IMG/VR virus record: IMGVR_UViG_3300020045_000191
Coordinates: 1-29,058 of that record
Origin: a virus
Taxonomy: Duplodnaviria > Caudoviricetes
Strand: one strand, 5' to 3'
Length of the DNA: 29,058 bases
Part shown: one piece after another, positions 1 to 8,542 of the stretch
Numbering within the stretch: the stretch's first letter is position 1
Layout: each line of letters opens with the position of its first letter
The notes under the pieces: generated by a model
What the model was told of the DNA's origin: nothing
The model's database searches: none
Seen by the model: only the letters and a program-made list of their open reading frames with translations
Made by a program: the position numbers and the translations under genes

Positions 1-2
1 TA

Positions 3-626
3 TGGAAAGCCGCCGGCAAGAAGCTGGCCCAAGGTATTGCGGACCAGTTCGCACCGATAAAGGACATGGACACCAAGGCTTACGGCCTGATGCGGCTGGC
101 CAAGGGCGCCAGCGGGGCGTTTGAATCCCTGCTGCACGGCGGCCTGCTGAAGCTCTCGGACAACGTGTACGACTTCGACGAAACCAAGCGCGGCGGGGTA
201 GTTGACAAACTGCTGATCCCATTGCAAGGCGAGCACCACGATTTCATGCGCTGGGTAGCAGCCAACCGGGCTGAGCGCCTGCTTGGAGACGGAAAAGAGC
301 ACCTATTCAGCCCGCAGGATATTGCCGACTTGAAGACTTTGGCCACCGGTCAAGCGGCTTTCGACTACACCATCCAGAACGGCATTCGCGCAGGACGGAC
401 AACCCGCGACCGGGCCGAGATTTACCGCGACTCGCTGGTGACGTTCAACAAGTTCAACAAAAACGTGCTGGATATGGCCGAGCAGTCTGGCCTGATCGAC
501 GGCGCATCGCGTGCACTGTGGGAGCACGAGTTTTACGTGCCGTTCTACCGCGTGGCAGATGATTCAGACGGCGGTGTGCGCGGCATGAACATCAAAGGTG
601 GTGTGGTCCGGCTGAATAATGGGTAG
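3..626 (+). pseudogene. Inverted fragment of a large polyvalent (LPD38-associated type) phage protein; open from the window edge and truncated at the junction at ~608-612
   Basis: The frame is open from nt 3 (WKAAGKKLAQGIADQFAPIKDMDTKAY...EFYVPFYRV...GMNIKGGVVR). The 'DQFAPIK' and 'YVPFYR' segments resemble C-terminal regions of phage polyvalent proteins. The ORF stops 4 codons after entering the antisense strand of the giant gene. Confidence 0.65.
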
Positions 627-3600
627 GCGGCATCTGGAATTCTGCTGTCAATCGTTACACCTCGACGAACAAACATTTCTGCTTTTTTCAAAGCCAGCAG
701 CGCCTCTGCATCTGTTTTTGATTCCAGTGAATCAGCCCATTTTGAGGCGCCCATCTTTCGAAGAAGGGTTTGTAGAACGGCAGCAAGACGATTCAGGCCT
801 TTCAATACCATGCCCTTTTCAGCGAATCCGGCCAATGCTTCCTCAATGCTTCTGGCTTTCACTTGAGCATCAGTCATGCCATACTTGGTCTGCCACTCTG
901 CAATCATGGCTTGGTTATCCCGAATCCACTGACCGGCCGCCATTCTCACCCTGGGGTTAGACAAATGAATTTGATCAAGAACAGCGGCCAAGGCTTGGCC
1001 GAAGAATCCCCTGAGCCCATAGTGGCCAATCATTTCGTGGGCGATGACTTCCCTTGCATCTTGCGCAGAACTGATGTTGTCAGCAACCAAGTAGATGGCG
1101 CCCTTCCAGTAAGCTCCCTTGGCGTCAGTGGGGGCGTCAAATGGCAAATCGGAAGTCGATTGAACGACCTTGCCGAGCGGTGCATTTTTCATCCCATCAG
1201 TAAATTGGCCGAGCGCCTGTTTGACATCGGCAATCGTTGAGCTGGATGATGATGCGCCTGTTGCAAACATGGCGGAACCATCCGGCTTGATGATCTCCGC
1301 ATCTTTCGGAAACCAGTATTCATCCACAAACCACTTGCCCTTGTTGGAGCTGTGCGTGAAGGTGCGTGCGCTGTATTTCATGGCCTCGGCTTTTGAGGCC
1401 ATCCAGACGCCGCGCTTTTCTTTGCCTGCGTTGGTGGTGTAAGTCTCGATTTCGTACTTGGTGCCACCGATGACAACCTCATCGCCAGCGCTGGCTGTAA
1501 CCTTCGCTGGCTTTGCGGCTGCGACTGGCTTCTCTGTTTTAACGGGCTCGGCCGGCTCAACCTCCACCGGCTTGGTGCGGGCTGCAAAGTCCAGATTTTC
1601 CAGTTTGTCGAACAGCTCTTTGATGTCAGTGATGTCGGAGTAATCCCGGTCACGCTGCATCACGTTGGCGCCGCCCTTCTCAATCACCACGATGCGCGTG
1701 GCTACAGCGGTGCCAGCGCGCTCAAAGGTGACGGATGGCAGCTTGATGCTGGCCACCAGAGATAGACCCTCGGCGGGCTTGAATGACTCGGTGCGATTCC
1801 CGGTAGGCTTGACGCCCTTGATTGTGCTAGCAGTGGCAACACTATCGTAGTGACGTGGTGTGCCGTCCATGGCAAGGAGCTTTCCGCTCACCATATCCGC
1901 GTTGGTCGGGTTTTTGGCGGTGCCAGGCTTTAGGAATACTTCCACCTGGATGACTCTGACGCCCGCGTCATCTTCAATCTGCAGGGCGTCACCTTTATAT
2001 ATCGCCCCAAGCGTCGGGTGATTCATCAACGGCTTCACCGGTTTCTCGCTTGACTCATAAAACCATTTGTCAAACTTGGAATTGGCTGACGGACCATCCG
2101 GCAGCAGCGCAACAATGCGCCCACCATCGCGCAAGTGGGTTGCCGCCTTGGCCAAGTGGTCAATCGCTGTACGGCCGGCCGTGCCAAATGGCGGGTTCAT
2201 CACGATGCCGTCATACTTGTTGCTGACGTGGTGATCTTCAAACGTCCCGCTCAGGATGCGGTCACCGGTTTCCTTCATCTCCATCACCAGCGCAAGTTTG
2301 GAGCGTAGGGCAAAGCTGGGTTCAATTGCGGTCCGACTGGTGTTATCCGGAAGCCAGCGGGCAATAGCCCCATGTCCGGCGCTGGGCTCAAAGGTGGACT
2401 CGCCACCGCGCGCATCCAGCCACTGAACCATCTTTAGCCCAATCGGCTCTGGGGTTGCGAAGTAATCCGCGCCCTCTTGCGCCTTGGTGCGGCTGTTCTT
2501 CTTCTGTTGGCCAAAGTAGAACGTCTTGGCGCGGTCGTACTCGGTGATGGCATCATTGGCAGCCTTGTCTCGCTCCTTGCCCCCTTTGCCTTCGTCTTCA
2601 TGACCTGGCTCGTAAGTATCGGATTCCTCAAACGACTGGATGAATGAATCTTTCAGCGCGCGCGCCATCTCGCCCATGCCCAGGTTCTCTGCGGTGCTGG
2701 CCCGGGTGGCAATGGTGCTGGCAAACGTCCAGCGCTCCCAGTTGGTGCCGGTGTTCATGTAACGCATGATGGCGTCGGACGCCTGGCCGGTGCGGTAGAT
2801 GCGACCTTCTTGTTGGATGGCCAGCGTGGGCGCCGTGGGCTGCCCCAGGTTGATCAGCACGCGCTGATGCTTACCGGTGGTGTCGTGGCCGCTCCATCCC
2901 TTGTTCTTGGCCGACTGCACCAACATGACTTGTGGGCCATTGGCGTCGTCCTGAAATGACTTGTAGCGCTTGAGCAAATCAGCCTTCTTTTCATCGCCAT
3001 TGATCAGCAAAACATCAGGGATTTCTCTGCTGAAGATCTCAATCGGTGATGGCATCGAGCTGAACGGGTGGCTCACCAAGTCGCCGAACTTGTCGTTAAA
3101 GACGCTCAGTGCCGATTTGATGGCTGAATCGCTTGAGTTGACTCTGAACGGATTGAACCCGCCGCCCTGCTTGTAATCATGGAAAACCACAACCTTGCGG
3201 CCCAGTGCCATGTGCTGCTTGACGATTGGGATGACTGCATCAGCCTTGATGGCTTCCAGCAGGTAGCGCTTTTGCAGGTACTTGAACTGCTCGTTGATGG
3301 CATCACTCAGCACAGAGAATGGGCCTTGCCCGCCTTTTTCTGCCTGGCGTTGCTCGCTGATCCACTCCAGTGCCTCATCAATGCGGTTTCCAATGGCCGA
3401 CTCCACCAGAATGAACCGGCGGTCGTAGTCTGGCACCACATCCAGCATCCGGCCAGACAGGGCGCCGGACTTCTTCAGGTTGGCATTCCATTGGCGCTGC
3501 ATCAGGCCTGAGTCCACATTGGCATCCGGGCGCGTCATCTTGTTGTAGCGCATCGAGTAGCCAAAGTGCTGCATCATGTAGCGGTCTTTGTTGCTACCCT

Positions 3601-6600
3601 GGTTGTAACCTCGAAACTCGGTTTTGTCCGAGGCTTGGCCTTCGTTGTAGTCGAACAGGTAGCCGTTGGCCCAGTCGATGGTTTTCTCGTAGGCGAATGG
3701 CGTGGCAGACAAGGCCACCAGGCGGGTGCGGCCGGCGCCTTGTTTTGCATCTACCTCAGCACGCATGGCCTTCATGGATAGGTCAAGTTCTTTGCGCAGT
3801 GCGCCCAGCTCGGCCTGCAGCTTTTCGCTTTTGGCGTCCCAGGTTGTCCGTTGCTCCACCGTACTGCTGTCGGAGGCTGACATTTTTTCAAGAGTAGTGA
3901 TCTCGTTCCCAAGCTCGGCCGCATGGTCTAGCTTGTCCCGGTTCAGCATCGTGTGGCGCTGATGTGCACCATCCGGGTGATAAGTGATCGCACGCAGGTT
4001 ATACAGATAGCCCGTGGGTTCGCCGTCGGCCGCCTGCATCAGCGAATGCGCCTCATCGGCCACCACCAGATCCCATTGGCGTGCGGCCAACTGGTCATTG
4101 GCGCCCAGGTTGGCATAAGTCGTGATGACAATGCCCTTGCCTGCGTCTTTGGTGTCGACCAGTTGCGTGATGTCCAGGCCTAGCAGCTTCCCGGACTCAA
4201 TCCAGTCGGCTGCAATCTTGCCGTCAGGTGCCACGATCAGGGTGTTGGTCTTTCCCTGCAAGGCGTGGCGTTTGATGACACCAAGGCCTGAAAATGTTTT
4301 GCCAGTGCCTGTGCCATTGGTGAACAACATGCCGTAGCCATCAGCCTTGGCGAATCGTGTCTCGGCCAACTTCACATCTTCTTGCTGCCCTGGAAGCAAT
4401 TGAGGCAACGTGGCCTTGATGCTGTCAAGGTCGGCCAGAACAACAGGGGATTTATCCGCCTGTTTTCGTTCAATAGTGTTTTTTAGCCCTGGAGTGCGCT
4501 GGTCAGCAGCTGCGTCAACTTGGCCTGTTGTGATGGGTTCAGCCGGTACTCCTGTGATGCCAGAATCACCGCCTGGTTCACGGAAGTCAGCTCCGGTAAC
4601 GATGCCCGTAAGCTCGGGCTGTTGGCCAGTAGGATGTAATCGCTGATCGCCTCGTTCTCGATCAACAGTGGTGCCACCAGTCGATACGCCAGCACCGTCT
4701 TGTTGTCCGCGCCCTGCGCCTCCAGTGGTGCGTCCACCAGCTTTTCCAGACCGGCTGGCAATTCCTGTTGCGTCATCCTGAATAGCGTCGCCCACGGCTG
4801 GCTCAGTGCTTGCGACTGGGCTATCTCGTTCCACGCTTGTATTGGTGCTTGGTACATCTGTTTCTCCGTTGCGCTCATTGTCGGTCTGTGCCGTGTGACT
4901 TTCAATCTCTGATTTGGCTTCGATGTTGCCCACAGCACGAATGCCATCCACACCGGTCTTACCGCTGGACATACTGATGTAGGCGCCTTGCAGGTGCTCC
5001 AGCGTGATGTCGTCGGCCACTGCATCGCCCATCGCTGCACGGATCTTGTCCAGTGCGAACTTGCCTGCATCCATGAACTTGTGATACCCAAGGCGAAAGG
5101 CCGCATCGAACAGCCTCACCATCACCGGCAGGATTTTTGCCTCCTGCTCGGGCATCATGTTCAGGCGGGTGTTCTTGCCAAATATGTCAGCTAGGTCGGC
5201 CAGTGCCGCTTGCAAGTCTGCTTGAGCGCGCAGTTCGTCAGGGTTGGAGGTTTTAGCTTTTGACTTGGAAGCTGTGTCCGTATTTGGAGCAGGTGCAGGC
5301 GCATCAAAGATACTGCCCTGCCCTGCCAGCGAATCATCGGCACTCTGCCCAAGCTGGAAGTTATCCGCGCTGGCATCCTGGCGCGACAGGATTTCTTTGG
5401 CGATGCGGTCAGCCTTGGCTTTGGCCTCTGCGTCTTGATCAGCTTTGGCCTTGGCTTTCTCTGCTGCGGTGGCGCGTTCCTCGTCAGCCTTGAGTTGCGC
5501 CGGGGTGGTTGCAGTTAAGCCTTCTTCGCCTGCGCCCTGTTCTTGAGCACTTCCCGGTTGTGCGCCGGGGCCAACTTGATTGCCATCGCCAACACCTTCT
5601 GCTGAGACGCTGGTGGCAAGTGTTTGATCTTGTCGTACATCTTGCGTTGATCCGGTGTCAGTTCCATCTTGTCCTGCCTGGGTTGGGTTGTCTTTGATCC
5701 ATTGGCTGATAGCCTGCGCATCCACTGTGCGCATGATTTCTTGCACACTGCCATTTTCGTCGATAAACAAGTCAATCAGCGCATCCTGTTCGGCCAGGTT
5801 TGCGGCTTCAAACTCTGCCAGCTGCTGTGCGAATTGTGCGCGTTTTTGCTCCGCACGCATAGCCATGTCACGGGCATTTTTCAGAATCCGCTCGGGCTTG
5901 AGCAATCCATTCTTTGGGGCGCGTGCCACGCGGTCAGACACCCGGTTGACCATCGAGGCCAGACGGTCGGTACTGATGGCGTTGTCGTATTTCAACCCCA
6001 GCGAATCGGCCATGGATTCAATCTCCAGGCGCTGCACTCTCTCGTGCTGTGCCGCTGCATCTTCATCGGCAAACTCGGTACTGACTTGTTTGTCTCCAGC
6101 CACCTCGCTCTGAATCATGCTGATCAGCTTGTTGGTGTCGCCTGCCTCATCTGGTTTCATGAAGCCACGCTCCACGGCGCGCTCGGCCAGATCATCCAGA
6201 CTCAGGCCATTGGCTCGGAATGTGGCGGGCAGGACGTTGTTAGCCTTGAACCGGTTGTTGCTGAAGATGTCAGATGTGTGCGCCGGGTTGATGCCGTGCT
6301 CTCGCAGGAACGATTTGAACGGGGTTTTCTTCTGATCCGTCTCGGTTTCCTTGACCAGGCCCAGGCGCTTTTTGATGCCGTCCTTGATGTCCTGCTGGTA
6401 CAGCTTCTCGAAGTCTTGCGCCAGGACTGGGGCGATTTGCTCTTGTTGCGCGGGAGTCAGGTCTGGCTTGGCTACTTCTGCTTTACCCGTGGCTGCCACA
6501 CCGGAGCCTGCTGCGGGCTGGGTAGCTGCTTGGGCTGTTGCTGCTTGTCGTTGCGTTTGCTGCGGCTGGGTTTGACTGGCTTGAGGCTCAAGGTTTTGCT

Positions 6601-8542
6601 CCGTGGGTTGTGAAAAATTGGAACTTGTTCCAGTGGCGGTGTCAGAAGTGCCACCGACTGGCGTGCTTGTTGGCGCAATCTGCGTCGGCTGGGATGCCCC
6701 GGCCCCTTCACCCACTACAGGCTGTGCAGACTGTGTAACTTGATTTAACCCTCCACCTTCCAAGGCTCCACTTCCCGTTGTGGGTAGTTCACCGGTGGTG
6801 GCTGCATCGCCTGCCATAGCTTGCGGCGCTTCTCCTGGCGCTTGAGCTGGCGTGGCGTTGGTTCCTTGTGCTGGGTTTTGCTCATTGGGCTGAGTGGGTT
6901 GGTTGTTGATCAGTGGCGCGTCAGCAGCTCGGGCTGTATCTCCACCAGCCTTACCCATGTCAGCAGCAGTTGCCCCCGCCTGGTTAGCGGCCAACCCAAC
7001 AGGATTGACAGCTCCAAATCCCACGCCTCCTGTGGGCTGATCGCTTGCGCTTGATAGGCTGGCATCAGCGCCGGATGAAACTGAGTCTGTTGTGCCATCT
7101 TGTGTTTCAGGTCGTATGACAAACTGCTTTGACCCGAGTTCGATAGGCTGCCATGACTGGCCGGTTTCAGCAGACTTCTTTTCAGCCGCTTTGCCTGCCA
7201 TGATGCGATTCGTCAAGGGTGCGCCTTTTTCTGTGGTGGCAACATCACCCTTTATTTGGCTTTGGGCTGGCTGATGTGCGCCACTGTCCACGGCTACGAT
7301 GGCAGCATTGGTCAATGATGGCGCAGCGGTGGGCGCGAGTCCCATGGCTTCGGATGGTTTAGGCGTAGTGGCGACTGGAACTTGTTCCAGTGGTTGGGAT
7401 GTTGCCGGTGGAACAAGTTCCAGTGGTTGCGGCGCTAAGCCCATGAGTTTGGCGCGCGCTGCGGGCTGTTGATCGGGTGGTAATGCGCCGATGTACTTGT
7501 CTACCTCGGATTGACGCGCCACGGTTCCATCGGCGAATCCAATCATTGGGTCTGGCGTGTTGCCGATTTGCAGCGGCGGCGTGGCTGGTGGCACTTGTTC
7601 CACTGGTTGCGGTGCGGGCGGCGCAGCAGGCGAGGCCTTGCGGTCAAGCGCACCAAATGTTGCGCCCGGACCAGCCGATGCCAGCGCCTCAAGTGTGGCA
7701 TTGCTGGCCACGTTGTCCCAAGTGCCCGCCTGATAGCCTGCGCGCTGTGCTGCAATGTTGGCAGCGACTTGTTCTTGGCCACCTTGCGCAGCCTCAAGTG
7801 GCATTTCACCAAGCATGCCCATACCGGCGCGACCAACAATGCCACGCTCGGCACCTGTGGCCACAGCCTGCGTAACCGGTTTTCCGATTGCGTTGCGCAC
7901 CATGCCGCCAGCGATACGGCTGACACCGGTCAAGGCATCAGCAACACCCAAAGCACCGCCAAGCGCAATCTGGTCAGCATTCGCACCACCATAGGACTGC
8001 GCCTGATCGGCTTGAGCATCGGTACCACCTTCCTGCTTGATGCGATCGTAAATCGCGCCCTTGGCTGTACCGGCACCGATGGCGATACCAGTTGCCGCTG
8101 CACCAGGCAGCCCTGCGAGCCCACCGGCCAGCACCGGAACAATGGAGCCCAAGCCTTGAACAGCAGTTTGAACTGGCGCTACACCGAATGCGCGGGCACC
8201 GGCTTTGATGCCTTCCCATGTTCCCTTGCCTTTGGCAGAGTCCATGATGGCCGACTGTTCTTGCTGGTCGGCTTTGGCCTCGGGGCTCAGGTAGTCGTTG
8301 ACAAAGGTATTGGCATCGCCCAACGCGCCGGACACCACATTTCCAGCGCCGGCAGCGTCCGCAATGGCTTTGGTGGCTCCCACTGCGCCACTGGCAAAGC
8401 CCAAGCCTTTGTCTGCGATCTTGCGCAGCATTCCGGCTGGCTTGGGTGCATCAGCAGCTTCATCGCTTGCGAATTTCTCCCATGGCTTACTGGCGCTTGA
8501 TATGTCTGTGCTAGGTTGAAACTTTTCCCAAGGGCCACTCAT
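545..8542 (-). CDS. Giant polyvalent virion/ejection protein (DarB-like): Gly/Ala-rich N-terminus, long linker, SF2 (strawberry-notch-like) helicase, N6-adenine methyltransferase, HExxGH metallopeptidase-like domain; C-terminus truncated by the junction
   Basis: Helicase motifs TNGTGTGKT, DEAH, SAT and QQEGRIYRTG; MTase motifs FEPSAGHG and NPPF; AHEMIGHYGL. The start at ATG 8542 overlaps the upstream TAA (TAATG). Residues after 'PLFSR' (~608) come from the inverted segment. Confidence 0.85.
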   Translation of the reverse strand: MSGPWEKFQPSTDISSASKPWEKFASDEAADAPKPAGMLRKIADKGLGFASGAVGATKAIADAAGAGNVVSGALGDANTFVNDYLSPEAKADQQEQSAIMDSAKGKGTWEGIKAGARAFGVAPVQTAVQGLGSIVPVLAGGLAGLPGAAATGIAIGAGTAKGAIYDRIKQEGGTDAQADQAQSYGGANADQIALGGALGVADALTGVSRIAGGMVRNAIGKPVTQAVATGAERGIVGRAGMGMLGEMPLEAAQGGQEQVAANIAAQRAGYQAGTWDNVASNATLEALASAGPGATFGALDRKASPAAPPAPQPVEQVPPATPPLQIGNTPDPMIGFADGTVARQSEVDKYIGALPPDQQPAARAKLMGLAPQPLELVPPATSQPLEQVPVATTPKPSEAMGLAPTAAPSLTNAAIVAVDSGAHQPAQSQIKGDVATTEKGAPLTNRIMAGKAAEKKSAETGQSWQPIELGSKQFVIRPETQDGTTDSVSSGADASLSSASDQPTGGVGFGAVNPVGLAANQAGATAADMGKAGGDTARAADAPLINNQPTQPNEQNPAQGTNATPAQAPGEAPQAMAGDAATTGELPTTGSGALEGGGLNQVTQSAQPVVGEGAGASQPTQIAPTSTPVGGTSDTATGTSSNFSQPTEQNLEPQASQTQPQQTQRQAATAQAATQPAAGSGVAATGKAEVAKPDLTPAQQEQIAPVLAQDFEKLYQQDIKDGIKKRLGLVKETETDQKKTPFKSFLREHGINPAHTSDIFSNNRFKANNVLPATFRANGLSLDDLAERAVERGFMKPDEAGDTNKLISMIQSEVAGDKQVSTEFADEDAAAQHERVQRLEIESMADSLGLKYDNAISTDRLASMVNRVSDRVARAPKNGLLKPERILKNARDMAMRAEQKRAQFAQQLAEFEAANLAEQDALIDLFIDENGSVQEIMRTVDAQAISQWIKDNPTQAGQDGTDTGSTQDVRQDQTLATSVSAEGVGDGNQVGPGAQPGSAQEQGAGEEGLTATTPAQLKADEERATAAEKAKAKADQDAEAKAKADRIAKEILSRQDASADNFQLGQSADDSLAGQGSIFDAPAPAPNTDTASKSKAKTSNPDELRAQADLQAALADLADIFGKNTRLNMMPEQEAKILPVMVRLFDAAFRLGYHKFMDAGKFALDKIRAAMGDAVADDITLEHLQGAYISMSSGKTGVDGIRAVGNIEAKSEIESHTAQTDNERNGETDVPSTNTSVERDSPVASTEPAVGDAIQDDATGIASRSGKAGGRTTGGAGRGQQDGAGVSTGGTTVDRERGDQRLHPTGQQPELTGIVTGADFREPGGDSGITGVPAEPITTGQVDAAADQRTPGLKNTIERKQADKSPVVLADLDSIKATLPQLLPGQQEDVKLAETRFAKADGYGMLFTNGTGTGKTFSGLGVIKRHALQGKTNTLIVAPDGKIAADWIESGKLLGLDITQLVDTKDAGKGIVITTYANLGANDQLAARQWDLVVADEAHSLMQAADGEPTGYLYNLRAITYHPDGAHQRHTMLNRDKLDHAAELGNEITTLEKMSASDSSTVEQRTTWDAKSEKLQAELGALRKELDLSMKAMRAEVDAKQGAGRTRLVALSATPFAYEKTIDWANGYLFDYNEGQASDKTEFRGYNQGSNKDRYMMQHFGYSMRYNKMTRPDANVDSGLMQRQWNANLKKSGALSGRMLDVVPDYDRRFILVESAIGNRIDEALEWISEQRQAEKGGQGPFSVLSDAINEQFKYLQKRYLLEAIKADAVIPIVKQHMALGRKVVVFHDYKQGGGFNPFRVNSSDSAIKSALSVFNDKFGDLVSHPFSSMPSPIEIFSREIPDVLLINGDEKKADLLKRYKSFQDDANGPQVMLVQSAKNKGWSGHDTTGKHQRVLINLGQPTAPTLAIQQEGRIYRTGQASDAIMRYMNTGTNWERWTFASTIATRASTAENLGMGEMARALKDSFIQSFEESDTYEPGHEDEGKGGKERDKAANDAITEYDRAKTFYFGQQKKNSRTKAQEGADYFATPEPIGLKMVQWLDARGGESTFEPSAGHGAIARWLPDNTSRTAIEPSFALRSKLALVMEMKETGDRILSGTFEDHHVSNKYDGIVMNPPFGTAGRTAIDHLAKAATHLRDGGRIVALLPDGPSANSKFDKWFYESSEKPVKPLMNHPTLGAIYKGDALQIEDDAGVRVIQVEVFLKPGTAKNPTNADMVSGKLLAMDGTPRHYDSVATASTIKGVKPTGNRTESFKPAEGLSLVASIKLPSVTFERAGTAVATRIVVIEKGGANVMQRDRDYSDITDIKELFDKLENLDFAARTKPVEVEPAEPVKTEKPVAAAKPAKVTASAGDEVVIGGTKYEIETYTTNAGKEKRGVWMASKAEAMKYSARTFTHSSNKGKWFVDEYWFPKDAEIIKPDGSAMFATGASSSSSTIADVKQALGQFTDGMKNAPLGKVVQSTSDLPFDAPTDAKGAYWKGAIYLVADNISSAQDAREVIAHEMIGHYGLRGFFGQALAAVLDQIHLSNPRVRMAAGQWIRDNQAMIAEWQTKYGMTDAQVKARSIEEALAGFAEKGMVLKGLNRLAAVLQTLLRKMGASKWADSLESKTDAEALLALKKAEMFVRRGVTIDSRIPDAAYPLFSRTTPPLMFMPRTPPSESSATR
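6619..7602. repeat. Cluster of four TGGAAC-WW-GTTCCA palindromes
   Basis: 6619-6632, 7376-7389, 7409-7422 and 7589-7602 (the last with one mismatch). Confidence 0.85.

Noticed and set aside
7376-7430. Two near-tandem palindromic repeats as a mini-CRISPR array
   Set aside because: Only two short units 33 bp apart inside a CDS, with no spacer series and no cas genes.
545-8542. Giant ORF as an N4-like virion RNA polymerase (given the N4-gp56-like capsid)
   Set aside because: No T7-type RNAP motifs were seen; helicase and MTase motifs are present instead.
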